Positions 13,901 through 25,740 of a DNA stretch of 64,000 bases are shown one piece after another. Made by a program: the position numbers and the translations under genes. Numbering within the stretch: position 1 is the stretch's first letter; each line of letters starts with the position of its first letter. The notes under the pieces were generated by a model. The model was given only the letters and a program-made list of their open reading frames with translations, did no database searches and was not told where the DNA came from. The DNA lies in assembly GCA_964016885.1 (NCBI GenBank), contig OZ024755.1, positions 35,092,001-35,156,000 on the forward strand. The letters run 5' to 3'. The stretch is from Eledone cirrhosa (taxonomy: Eukaryota).

Positions 13901-15190
13901 AAACTCCCACTGTCATTACCTCCATCTCTCACATACACCAGCTCCAAACACAAAAGGACCAAACTCCCACTGTCATTACCTCCATCTCTCACATACACCA
14001 GCTCCAAACACAAAAGGACCAAACTCCCACTGTCATTACCTCCATCTCTCACATACACCAGCTCCAAACACAAAAGGACCAAACTCCCACTGTCATTACC
14101 TCCATCTCTCACATACACCAGCTCCAAACACAAAAGGACCAAACTCCCACTGTCATTACCTCCATCTCTCACATACACCAGCTCCAAACACAAAAGGACC
14201 AAACTCCCACTGTCATTACCTCCATCTCTCATATACACCAGCTCCAAACACAAAAGGACCAAACTCCCACTGTCATTACCTCCATCTCTCACATACACCA
14301 GCTCCAAACACAAAAGGACCAAACTCCCACTGTCATTACCTCCATCTCTCACATACACCAGCTCCAAACACAAAAGGACCAAACTCCCACTGTCATTACC
14401 TCCATCTCTCACATACACCAGCTCCAAACACAAAAGGACCAAACTCCCACTGTCATTACCTCCATCTCTCATATACACCAGCTCCAAACACAAAAGGACC
14501 AAACTCCCACTGTCATTACCTCCATCTCTCACATACACCAGCTCCAAACACAAAAGGACCAAACTCCCACTGTCATTACCTCCATCTCTCACATACACCA
14601 GCTCCAAACACAAAAGGACCAAACTCCCACTGTCATTACCTCCATCTCTCACATACACCAGCTCCAAACACAAAAGGACCAAACTCCCACTGTCATTACC
14701 TCCATCTCTCACATACACCAGCTCCAAACACAAAAGGACCAAACTCCCACTGTCATTACCTCCATCTCTCACATACACCAGCTCCAAACACAAAAGGACC
14801 AAACTCCCACTGTCATTACCTCCATCTCTCACATACACCAGCTCCAAACACAAAAGGACCAAACTCCCACTGTCATTACCTCCATCTCTCACATACACCA
14901 GCTCCAAACACAAAAGGACCAAACTCCCACTGTCATTACCTCCATCTCTCACATACACCAGCTCCAAACACAAAAGGACCAAACTCCCACTGTCATTACC
15001 TCCATCTCTCACATACACCAGCTCCAAACACAAAAGGACCAAACTCCCACTGTCATTACCTCCATCTCTCACATACACCAGCTCCAAACACAAAAGGACC
15101 AAACTCCCACTGTCATTACCTCCATCTCTCATATACACCAGCTCCAAACACAAAAGGACCAAACTCCCACTGTCATTACCTCCGTCTCTC
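4919..15190. repeat. 60-bp tandem satellite, ~171 units
   Basis: Unit CATCTCTCACATACACCAGCTCCAAACACAAAAGGACCAAACTCCCACTGTCATTACCTC, in register with the 60-nt lines; two 61-bp units at ~12421 and ~13022. Confidence 0.98.
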
Positions 15191-15319
15191 CCGCCCTCAC
15201 CATCTCTCACTATTGTGAGCAAATAGAGGCCTACATGCTGGCTGCTCCATGGTCACTGTGTGTGTCCACATCATTGATACTGGTGAAGATCTGTTCATAT
15301 TTTATTTTTATATGTATAT

Positions 15320-15673
15320 GGAGGCACATGGCTTAGTGGTTAGAGCATTGGCCTTGCAATCGAAAGGTTGTGAGTTCAATTCTCAGACCGGGTGGTGTGT
15401 TGTTTCCTTGAGCAAGGCACTTTATTTCACATTGCTCCAGTTTACTCAGCTGTAGAAATGAGATGATAGGGACTGGGGTTCCTATCATTCCACTGCAAAG
15501 TGGTCGTGGAGGTGCCATGGCAAAAAAGCACCCAGCACTCACTGTAAATGAGGTTGGTGTTAGGAAGGGCATCCAGCTGTAGAAATCAAGCCAGAATCAG
15601 TTCCCGTCCCACCCTTGCAAGCAGGGAAAAGCGGACGTAAAATGAAATGATGATGATGATGATGATGATGATG
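15320..15673 (+). mobile_element. tRNA-derived SINE family A (CORE-like centre, RTE-derived tail)
   Basis: A-box TGGCTTAGTGG, B-box GAGTTCAATTC, CORE-like TCCTTGAGCAAGGCACTTT, shared module GGAAGGGCATCCAGCTGTAGAAA, tail CCCGTCCCACCCTTGCAAGC...(GAT)n; four full copies in the window. Confidence 0.9.
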
Positions 15674-15879
15674 ATATCTCTACTCACAAGTAATTGAACT
15701 TATCAAACTTTTTATAAATTTTCTGTTGAGCAATTGAGGCCAACTCATTTTAGATTTTACTCTATGCCAACCACAATGTATTGCACAAATCACTTGGACA
15801 TTCATCTAGTAAGCAACTCTTAACCACTATATCCCCACCCACCCACTCATATCCATACCACCACTTCACCGTAAACAAA

Positions 15880-16387
15880 ATGTATCCAGCCCACACTGTA
15901 AAATTGTTGTGTGGGTGTCATGACAAAAAGCACCCAGGCCACACTGTAAAGTGATCATGTAGGTTTCACATAAAAAGCACCCAGGCCACACTGTAAAGTG
16001 ATCATGTAGGTTTCACACAAAAAGCACCCAGGCCACACTGTAAAGTGATCATGTAGGTTTCACACAAAAAGCACCCAGGCCACACTGTAAAGTGGTCGTG
16101 GAGGTTTCACACAAAAAGCACCCAGGCCACACTGTAAAGTGATCATGTAGGTTTCACACAAAAAGCACCCAGGCCACACTGTAAAGTGGTCGTGGAGGAG
16201 TCACGACAAAAAGCATTCGGCACACACTGTAAATGTGGTTGGCATTAAGAAGGGCCTCCAGCTGTACAAACCAAGCCAGAAACAGTTCTAACAGGTCACC
16301 TGACCCAACTTGTCTGTAATGGGACAACCTGTTTAACCCATGCTAGTGTGGAAAATGGATGTTAAATGATGATGATGATGATGATGA
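15880..16387 (+). mobile_element. LINE-B/SINE 3' module with an internal 47-bp tandem array (~7 units)
   Basis: Unit CACACTGTAAAGTGATCATGTAGGTTTCACACAAAAAGCACCCAGGC; period 47 (15941, 15988); (GAT)n tail at 16367-16387. Confidence 0.8.
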
Positions 16388-16589
16388 GACCAAGTAAAAC
16401 CATCAGTATCTTTGAACTCAAAATGTATGAACTGCCAGCATTACTATTACGGTCTCCTAGGATACAGGCCTCAGAGAAACGTAGTACTGAATCTTAAATA
16501 ATCAGAGGTTTATACAAATTTGTATAATTTAACTAAATACACAATAATTTCCTGTTATTGATAAATTAATTGCTAAACATCCATACTGA

Positions 16590-17272
16590 ATATAAGACTT
16601 GCATAGATTAGAAAGAAACAAAACTTGCATGCTCCGATGGATGTTTAATAGTAATATATGTGAATGGCAAAGCATGAACGAATTGAGAAAGATACTGAGC
16701 ATCAGAGGAATCAAATGCTGTGTGCAGGAGAGGCGGTTGGGTTGGAATGGACATGTGATGCGTATGAGGGATGACAGCTGCATAAAAAGGTGCAGAGCAC
16801 TAAAAGTCGATGGAAGCCTTGGAGTGGGGGAGACCCAAGAAGACCTGGGATGAAGTGATAAAAGCTGACCTTAACCAATTACACATCTCAAAGGCAATGA
16901 CATAGGACCGAGTCCTCTGGTGTTACGCAGTAATACAGAAAACCCGACTTCCTACGGGTACAAGCCGAAACTGAAGCACATAGACAATATGCCCCCACCC
17001 CCTCCCACTGCAAAGTGGTCGTAGAGGTGTCACAACAAAAAAAGCACCCAGCCCACACTGTAAAGTGGTCATGTAGGTGTCACGGTAAAAAAGTACCCAG
17101 TACTCACTGTAAATGAAGTTGGTGTTAGGAAGGGCATCCAGCTGTAGAAATCGAGCCAAAATCAGTTCCCGTATGAGCAAGACAAGGTCACCCGACCTGA
17201 CACTGCCCACAACGGGACAACCCATCTAACCCATGCTAGCATGGAAGAAGATATAAAATGGCGGTGATGATG
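16590..17272 (+). mobile_element. 5'-truncated RTE-type LINE (family B sister subfamily)
   Basis: ORF 16599-16853 RLERNKTCMLRWM...ERRLGWNGHVMRM, frameshifted; followed by the shared 3' module and a GATGATGA tail. Confidence 0.85.
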
Positions 17273-17274
17273 AA

Positions 17275-17400
17275 GCAACCATCTCCAACTGATCTGGCTG
17301 GATCCCCAAGCATGACCAGCCAAGTACATGGATGTTATCCAACCATCTTGCTCAGGGTCTCCTGCCGGTTGGTTTTGCCCATAAAATCTGTCCAGCGACC
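17275..17400 (-). pseudogene. Short RTE-type LINE C-terminal remnant (different family)
   Basis: Manual translation VAGQILWAKPTGRRP*ARWLDNIHVLGWSCLGIQPDQLEMVA. Confidence 0.5.
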
Positions 17401-17571
17401 CTGAGACATCCTAACCACATAAGAATATGTGAAGCTAACCTATGATCAAAGATATTCCAACTGTAACTACAGTATCTATTCCTTACAAAGGACCCAGGCC
17501 AAATTATCTACTCTGCCCTATTTTGGAAGGGAGAGATTTCTAGGGGATTTGCAGTGTTGGTCTTGTTGAGC

Positions 17572-19350
17572 CTGCTGCTGATGATGTGGTTGTTTCTGCT
17601 GCTACTGCTGCTGCTGTTACTGCTGCTGTTGCTGTGGTTGTTTCTGCTGCTGTTGTTATTGCTGCTGTTGTTACTGCTGCTGTTGTTACTGCTGCTACTG
17701 CTGCTGTTTTTACTGCTGCTGTTGTTATTGCTGCTGCTGTTACTGCTGCTGTTGTTACTGCTGCTACTGCTGCTGTTGTTACTGCTGCTGTTGCTGATGT
17801 TACTGTTGCTGTGGTTGTTTCTGCTGCTGTTGTTACTGCTGCTACTACTACTGCTGTTGCTGCTGCTGTTTTTACTGCTGCTGATGTGATTGTTTCTGCT
17901 TCTACTGCTGCTGCTGTTGTTACTGCTGCTACTACTACTGCTGTTGCTGCTGCTGCTATTGTTGCTGCTGCTGTTTTTACTGCTGCTGATGTGGTTGTTT
18001 CTGCTTCTACTGCTGCTGCTGTTGTTACTGCTGCTACTACTACTGCTGTTGCTGCTGCTGCTATTGTTGCTGCTACTGTTGCTACACTGCTGATATGGTT
18101 GTTTCTGCTGCTGCTGTTGCTACTGCTGTGGTTGTTGCTGCTGCTGCTGCAGTTGTTTCTGCTGCTGCTGCTGCAGTTGTTTCTGCTGCTGCTGCGGTTG
18201 TTTCTGCTGCTGCTGCGGTTGTTGCTGCTGCGGTTGTTTCTGCTGCTACTCCTGCTGCTGTGGCTATTGCTATATACACCACTACTACCATTGTGGTAAC
18301 TACTGCTGTTATTGCTGCTGCTGTCTATGCTACCAATGCTGCAGCTGGGGCTACTACTACTGCTGCAGCTACTGCTGCTACAGCTGGGGCTACTACTACT
18401 GCTGCAGTTGCTGCTGCTACTGCTGCAGCTGGGGCTACTATTACTGCTGCAGTTGCTGCTGCTACTGCTGCAGCTGGGGCTACTACTACTGCTGCAGTTG
18501 CTGCAGCTAGGGCTACTACTACTGCTGCAGCTACTGCTGCTACAGCTGGGGCTACTACTACTGCTGCAGTTGCTGCTGCTACTGCTGCAGCTGGGGCTAC
18601 TACTACTGCTGCAGCTGCTGCAGCTGTGACTACTGCTACTGCTGCAGCTGGGGCTACTACTACTGCTGCAGTTGCTGCAGCTAGGGCTACTACTACTGCT
18701 GCAGTTGCTGCAGCTGTGACTACTGCTACTGCTGCTGCTGCTGCTGGGGCTACTACTACTGCTGCAGTTGCTGCAGCTGTGACTACTGCTACTGCTGCAG
18801 TTGCTGCTGCTACTGCTGCAGCTGGGGCTACTACTACTGCTGCAGCTGTGACTACTGCTACTGCTGCAGTTGCTGCTGCTACTGCTGCAGCTGGGGCTAC
18901 TACTACTGCTGCAGCTGTGACTACTGCTACTGCTGCAGCTGTGACTACTGCTACTGCTGCAGTTGTGACTACTGCTACTGCTGCAGTTGTGACTACTACT
19001 CCTACTACTACTACTACTGCTGCTGCAGTTGTGACTACTACTACTACTACTGCTGCAGTTGTGACTACTACTACTACTACTGCTGCAGTTGTGACTACTA
19101 CTACTACTACTACTACTACTGCAGTTGTGACTACTACTACTACTGCTGCAGTTGTGACTACTACTACTACTACTACTGCTGCAGTTGTGACTACTACTAC
19201 TACTACTGCTGCAGTTGTGACTACTACTACTACTACTACTGCAGTTGTGACTACTACTACTACTGCTGCAGTTGTGACTACTACTACTACTACTACTACT
19301 GCTGCTGCAGTTGTGACTACTACTACTACTACTACTACTACTGTTGTTAT
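17572..19350. repeat. Compound trinucleotide (CTG/CTA/TTG) low-complexity array
   Basis: Read directly; produces spurious poly-A/L/S/T/V ORFs in most frames. Confidence 0.92.
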
Positions 19351-19479
19351 AGTTACCAGTGATGCTGGGGCTGCCAATACAGTTGGTAACAATAATGTTG
19401 AATAACAATAATAATTGTTTCTACTTTTGGCACAAGGCCAGCAATTTGGGGGAGGGGGGGAGTCCATTAATTACCACCA

Positions 19480-19682
19480 TCCGCAACATCATCATCATCA
19501 TTACCATGATCATTATCACCACCATCACCACCATCATCACTATCATCACCATCATCACCACCATCATCACTATCATCACCACCATCACCACCACCATCAT
19601 CACCACCATCACTATCATCATCACCACCATCATCATCATCATCATCATCACCACCACCATCACCACGACCATCATCATCATC
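19480..19682. repeat. (CAC/CAT)n tract, expanded tail of the adjacent minus-strand LINE
   Basis: Continuous with the (ATC)n-GTTTAACGTCC LINE-B terminus at 19683. Confidence 0.85.
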
Positions 19683-20327
19683 GTTTAACGTCCATCTTCC
19701 ATGCTAGCATGAGTCTGGACGGGAATTGTCCCACGTGAGGCAAGATTGGTTGTCTTGCTCAGGACTGTCTGGCGGGTTTTCTACGGCTGGATGCCCTTCC
19801 TAACACCAACCATGTTTACAGTGTGGACTGGGAGGTTTTTACCGTGTTACCTACATGGCCACATTACAGCGTGGACAGTGTGTTTTTTTTTGTCGTGACA
19901 CTTACACGACCTCATTTATTTAGGACTGGATGTTGTGGTACCAACTTTACAGAGAGAGAGGGTGGTGTTGATGGGGGTAGGAGTAGGGGTTGTGGGTGTA
20001 TATTTGGTTAAGAGGTGCCCACTGACTGTAGGTTTCGCTTTGTACATAGGAAAGGCAGGTCTTCTGTATTACTGCGTGGCACCAAAGATCTCGGTCCCGT
20101 GACATTGTCTTAGAGAGGTACAAGTGTGTAAGGTCGGAATTTATCAGATCATCCCAGGTTTTTCTGGGTCTACATACTCCATAACTTTCATCAATTTTGA
20201 TCGCCCTGCACTTTTTTATGCAGCTGTCGTCTTTCATGCGCATCACGTGACCATACCAACGTAGTCTTCTTTCAAGTAAACAGCATCTGATCCCTCTTAT
20301 TCCTAATTTCTCACTTAGTTCATTCAC
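19670..20327 (-). mobile_element. 5'-truncated RTE-type LINE (family B)
   Basis: ORF 19947-20327(-) [31 protein letters not shown]...RPRKTWDD; shared 3' UTR. Confidence 0.85.
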
Positions 20328-20329
20328 AA

Positions 20330-20460
20330 TTCATTACTAGTACTTTATTTTATTGACCCCGTAAGGATGAAAGGCAAAGTTAACCTCGGCAGGATTTGAA
20401 CTCATAACGTAAAGGGCCATAACTCTATGCTGCAAAGCATAGCGTCTGACCCTCTACCGG
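20330..20460 (-). mobile_element. tRNA-derived SINE family C, partial
   Basis: Reverse complement of the 30307-30490 body (GAGTTCAAATCCTGCCGAGGTTAACTTTGCCTTTCATCC). Confidence 0.8.
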
Positions 20461-20619
20461 TATGTTTTTTAACATAGGTACAAGGCCAGAAAATTGTGGG
20501 AAGGAATTATTTTATTAAATGAGAATCTCCACTATATATTACTGGTACCTTATTTTATTGACCTGGGATTTGAACTCAGAATATAAAACACTATAATTGA
20601 ACCCTGTCAATAGGTTATT

Positions 20620-20840
20620 GATGGTGATAGTACTGGTGATGGTGATAGTGATAGTGTTGGTGATGGTGTTGGTGTTGGTGATGGTGTTGGTGTTGGTGAT
20701 GGTGTTGGTGATGGTGATGGTGTTGGTGATGGTGATGGTGCTGGTGTTGGTGATGGTGATGGTGTTGGTGATGGTGATGGTGATGGTGTTGGTGATGGTG
20801 ATGGTGTTGGTGATGGTGATGGCGATAGTGGTGATGGTGA
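20620..20840. repeat. (GGTGAT/GGTGTT)n simple repeat
   Basis: Read directly. Confidence 0.9.
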
Positions 20841-21381
20841 AGCTTTAGATTTACAAAGAATGAAAATTACTAAGTTGTACTGCCTCTGTCATTAATTGCA
20901 CCAATTCTTCATTCAGAATGATCCTGAATGGATTATATAGACAACCGAGTAACTTAAACCCCAATCTGAATAATATTTTTATGTATGAAGATGTGTCCTT
21001 ATTTATACTTCAAACAGTTGTTGGAAAATGAAAACAAAACCATTAGTTGCTCTAGGGAAATATCTTTCCTAAACATCCAAAGATGGTCTGAATCCTAAAA
21101 TGGCATGATAAGGATTTCTCCTGCAAGGAATATGAATCTAATCTAATATTTGAATTCCTGATAACCTGCTTTGCCTTTGGCAAAGGAATAATAAGTATCT
21201 TTCACTTGCACACATTATTTTATATCTGATTTACTACCAACCCTAGAAAGTTTACAGTCTCAACTGAACTGGTCTCACTTCTTTAATGTCCTTTCCTCAT
21301 CTAACTTTCTTCTACAATGTGGGCTTGTCTTCACAGCTTTCACTTGGATATATGAAGCCAAGGTTTGTAATGTTAAGAATA

Positions 21382-22118
21382 TTAACCCTTTAGCATTTAA
21401 ACCGGTCGTATCCAGCCAGAATTCCCTCACCTCTTTCTGTTTAACCCTTTAGCATTTAAACCAGCCGTATCCAGCCAGAATTCTCTCACCTCTTTCTGTT
21501 TAACCCTTTAGCATTTAAACCGGTCGTATCCAGCCAGAATTCCCTCACCTCTTTCTGTTTAACCCTTTAGCATTTAAACCGGTCGTATCCAGCCAAAATT
21601 CCCTCACCTCTTTCTGTTTAACCCTTTAGCATTTAAACCGGTCGTATCCAGCCAAAATTCCCTCACCTCTTTCTGTTTAACCCTTTAGCATTTAAACCGG
21701 TCGTATCCAGCCAGAATTCTCTCACCTCTTTCTGTTTAACCCTTTAGCATTTAAACCGGTCGTATCCAGCCAGAATTCTCTCACCTCTTTCTGTTTAACC
21801 CTTTAGCATTTAAACCGGTCGTATCCAGCCAGAATTCTCTCACCTCTTTCTGTTTAACCCTTTAGCATTTAAACCGGTCGTATCCAGCCAGAATTCTCTC
21901 ACCTCTTTCTGTTTAACCCTTTAGCATTTAAACCGGTCGTATCCAGCCAGAATTCTCTCACCTCTTTCTGTTTAACCCTTTAGCATTTAAACCGGTCATA
22001 TCCAGCCAGAATTCTCTCACCTCCTTCTGTTCAAACCGGCTGTGACTAGCCACTCATACTGGTGTTAAGGTATTGTTCTCAAAATAAATAAAATCACAAT
22101 CTCATAGATTCGATATGA
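21382..22118 (+). repeat. 11 x 59-bp tandem array of the piggyBac-like MITE left end, the last unit running into the MITE body
   Basis: Unit TTAACCCTTTAGCATTTAAACCGGTCGTATCCAGCCAGAATTCTCTCACCTCTTTCTGT; starts at 21382, 21441, 21500 ... 21972; the continuation matches 53930-54015. Confidence 0.9.
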
Positions 22119-22288
22119 TGAACATCTTATGCGAAGGGGTGTCCAATATGCTGGCAAATACGGTATATTGTTAATAATTTAGCGTTAAAAAAATATATAT
22201 TGCCACAAAAAAAGCCATTACAAAAATTTGCATAAGATATTTACGAGTCCACGAATATGCAGTGGTTTTCACAAACAATTATTAGTTA

Positions 22289-22622
22289 GGAGGCACATGG
22301 CTTAGTGGTTAGAGCATTGGGCTTGCAATTGAAAGGTTGTGAGTTCAATTTTCAGACCGGGTGATGTGTTGTTTCCTTGAGCAAGACACTTTATTTCACA
22401 TTGCTCCAGTTTACTCAGCTGTAAAAATGAGATGAAAGGACTGGGGTCCCTACCATTCCACTGTAAAGTGGACGTGTAGGCGCCACAAACAAAAAGCACC
22501 CCAGCACTCACTGTAAATGAGGTTGGTGTTAGGAAGGGCATCCAACTGTAGAAATCAAGCCAGAATCAGTTCCCGTCCCACCCTTGCAAGCAGGGAAAAG
22601 CAGACGTAAAATGGTGATGATG
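22289..22622 (+). mobile_element. SINE family A
   Basis: Colinear with 15320-15673. Confidence 0.9.
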
Positions 22623-23324
22623 TTCTAAGGAAAATTCTGTGAATAACCAAGACTGAATGGGGGGGGGGGGGGGGGTACACTGTATTTATTTCTTGTTCTC
22701 AATACAGAATGAAGTGCTCCGCCATGGCCTTGATACTGATGACTAAAATGAACTAAAGAACAGTCATCGAAACGATAGATAAGCACAAACCCAGCAGACT
22801 GTGGTAGTCTTTGAAAGAACAGAATATATTGTGTAAAATATGACTGCTGTCACATCAAAAGAAATTATTGTTATTATTACTGAGAGATAAACAATGACCC
22901 AAATATATAAGGTGGGTCTTCTGACCTTTGATTCCTAAGTTCTTGTCTTCTGTTGCATATTGTGTTATGACCTCAAGTAAAAAACTTAAAGCAACATGAC
23001 TGTGGAGGGGAGAAAAATCTTTTGTAATGCTTTTTTTTCTCAATTAGAACTAGGACAAAAAATGTAATCAAAATATATTTTAAAAATCAAGTTGAATTTT
23101 AAACATATTGATTTTGAAAAAATCTGAAGTTTGATGTCGCCAATAGAGTGATCTCCCCTTAATACATAATGCAGTGTCAAGGGAAGCAATTCATAAAAAA
23201 ATTCAGCATGCTAAAGATTAATACATACTTGATTTATCTCAATTCACAGCATTGGCTTATTTGGGTTATTCCCCTTAGCTCAATTTTGTTTTTTATTATT
23301 ACTACTTGTCAGGGCAGTGATCAG

Positions 23325-23620
23325 GAGAGATGGTGGCAGTGACAGTGGGAGTTTGGTTCCTTTGTGTTTGGACCTGGTGTATATGAGAGATGGAGAGAGT
23401 GAGAGGGACAGAGGCAGTGCTAATGGGTGGTTATTTGGTTCCTTTGTGTTTGGACCTGGTGTATATGAGAGATGGAGAGAGTGAGAGGGACAGAGGCAGT
23501 GCTAATGGGTGGTTGTTTGGTTCCTTTGTGTTTGGACCCAGTGTATATGAGAGATGGGGAGAGTAAGAGGGACAGAGGCAGTGACAGTTTGGTTCCTTTG
23601 TATTCAGACCCAGTGTATAT
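23325..23620 (-). repeat. Dispersed relative of the 60-bp satellite monomer (3-4 copies, 71-83-bp spacing)
   Basis: GACAGTGGGAGTTTGGTTCCTTTGTGTTTGGACCTGGTGTATATGAGAGATGGAG is the reverse complement of the satellite variant seen at 4925-4970 and 5041-5100. Confidence 0.85.
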
Positions 23621-23728
23621 GTTTCACAGACACACACTGTTTGACTTGATTCAGGCCAATACAATACCACCATTTATGGGCTGTCTCCCCAAGAGTTAGG
23701 TGTTAGGTACAATGTTAAATTCTATGCC

Positions 23729-24432
23729 TCATCATCATCACCGTTTTACGTCCATTCTTCCATGCTAGCATGAATTAAACGAGTTATCCTGTTGTGGGCA
23801 ATGCGAGCTCAAGTGACCATGTCTTCCTCATACAGGAACTGATTCTGGCTTGGTTTCTACATCTGGATGCCCTTCTTAATGCCATCCTTATTTACAGTGA
23901 GTACTGGGTCTTTTGTCACTATACCTCCACGACCACTCTACAGTGTTGACTGGTTGCTTTTTGTCATGACACCTCCATGACCACTTTACAGTGTCGACTG
24001 GTTGCTTTTTGTCATGGCACCTCCATGACCACTTTACAGTGTCGACTGGTTGCTTTTTGTCATGGCACCTCCATGACCACTTTACAGTGTCGACTGGGTG
24101 CTTTTTGTTGTGACACCTAAACGATCACTTTACAGTGTGGGCTGGGTGCTTTTTGTCATGACACCATCACAACAACTTTACAGTGTGGACTGGGTGCTTT
24201 TTGTCGTGACACCTAAACGACCACTTTACAGTGTGGGCTGGGTGCTTTTTGTCATGACACCATCACAACCACTTTACAGTGTGGACTGTGTGCTTTTTGT
24301 TGTGACACCTCCATGACCACTTTACAGTGTCGACAGGGTGCTTTTTGTTGTGACACCTAAACGACCACTTTACAGTGTGGGCTGGGTGCTTTTTGTCGTG
24401 ACACCTCCACGACCACTCTACAGTCTGGACTG
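23729..24432 (-). mobile_element. LINE-B/SINE 3' module with an internal 48-bp tandem array (~11 units)
   Basis: (ATC)n tail at 23729-23740; unit CCACTTTACAGTGTCGACTGGTTGCTTTTTGTCATGGCACCTCCATGA; period 48 (23981, 24029). Confidence 0.8.
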
Positions 24433-24547
24433 GGGTCTTCACTGGATGTCCAGGAATAAAAGCCACCACACTACAGAACAGGTAGATAATAAGGTAATTA
24501 TTTGGTTTTATTTTTTAAATAAGTTTCTGGCTGTTAATGTGACCCAT

Positions 24548-24822
24548 TTCTCTCTCATCTCTCTCTTACCTCTTTCTCCCTGTCTATCACTCATGACCCC
24601 TCTCACTCACTCCCTCTCACACTCACTCACTGCCTCTCACTCATTCACTCTCACTCCCTCCCTCAGACTCACTCACTCACTCACCTTCTCTCTCACATTC
24701 ACTCCATCTTTCACCTTCTCTCTCACTCTCTCTCCATCTCTCACCTCTCTCTCTCACATCCACTCACTCCCTCTCTCACACTCACTCACCCTCTCTCTTG
24801 CACACCTGCCCCCCCTCTCTCA
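24548..24822. repeat. CT/CACT-rich simple repeat
   Basis: Read directly. Confidence 0.85.
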
Positions 24823-24869
24823 ATATATATATATATCTCTGTCTTACCTTATGTAATAGTTAAAGACAT

Positions 24870-25613
24870 GTTGGGCATTGTGTGCAGAGGATATACGCAG
24901 ACTAGAGAGGAACGAAGCTTGCATGCTCCGCTGGATGTGTAACAGTAATATACGTGAACGGCAAAGCATAAACGAACTAAGGAAAAAATTAGAGATAAGA
25001 GGGATCAGATGTTGTTTACTCGAGAGAAGGCTACGTTGGTATGGACACGTGATGCGCATGAAAGTCGATAGCTGTATAACAAAGTGCAGGGCAATAAAGA
25101 TAGACGGTAGTCACGGAATAGGCAGACCTAGAAAAACCTGGGACGAGCTGATAAACTCCGACATCACACACTTACACCTCTCCAAGACAATGTCACTGGA
25201 CCGAGACCTTTGGCGGTACTCAGTAACAGAGAAGACCCGCCTTACCTAAATATATAGTAAAACCTACTCCAGCCAGTAGGCATCTCTAACAAAATACACC
25301 CCCGCCCCCACCCCATCCACACCACCCCGTTCTATGTAAAGTTATGTTGGTGCCGCGCCATCGAGGCCGAAACAAATGAGATCATGTAGGTGTCACGACA
25401 AAAAAACACACAGTCCACGCTGTAATGTGGCCGTGTAGGCAACACGGTAAAAACCTCCCAGACCCACACTGTAAACGTGGTTGGTGTTAGGAAGGGCATC
25501 CAACTGTAGAAAACCTGCCAGACAGTCCTATGCGAGCAAGACAATCACTCTTGCCTCAAGTGGGACTACCCCCGTCCAAACCCATGCAAGCGTGGAACAC
25601 GGACGTTAAACGT

Positions 25614-25645
<32 letters not shown>
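24870..25645 (+). mobile_element. 5'-truncated RTE-type LINE (family B)
   Basis: ORF 24878-25249 [14 protein letters not shown]...EKTRLT*, 3' UTR, (GAT)n at 25615-25645. Confidence 0.9.
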
Positions 25646-25740
25646 TTGGCCCCTCCCAAGTTCCAGCTTCAATTAACCCTCGTCATACCAACCTACCAAA
25701 ACTGCTTTAAACTGTTTATATTTATCTAAAACTATTAGTT

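Noticed and set aside
4781-15222. Giant ORFs (3464 aa plus strand; 2567, 223 and 735 aa minus strand)
   Set aside because: The 60-bp unit simply lacks stops. The plus ORF drifts through all three frames at the 61-bp units, and the monomer belongs to a dispersed repeat (23325, 29660). No evidence of coding constraint.
15320-15395. tRNA gene at the heads of SINE A and SINE C
   Set aside because: A and B boxes are present but each is fused to a multi-copy SINE body; no convincing complete cloverleaf.
20900-21360. Ancient RT-like remnant (minus-strand VETVNFLGLVV)
   Set aside because: A single short motif among many stops; not supportable without a profile search.
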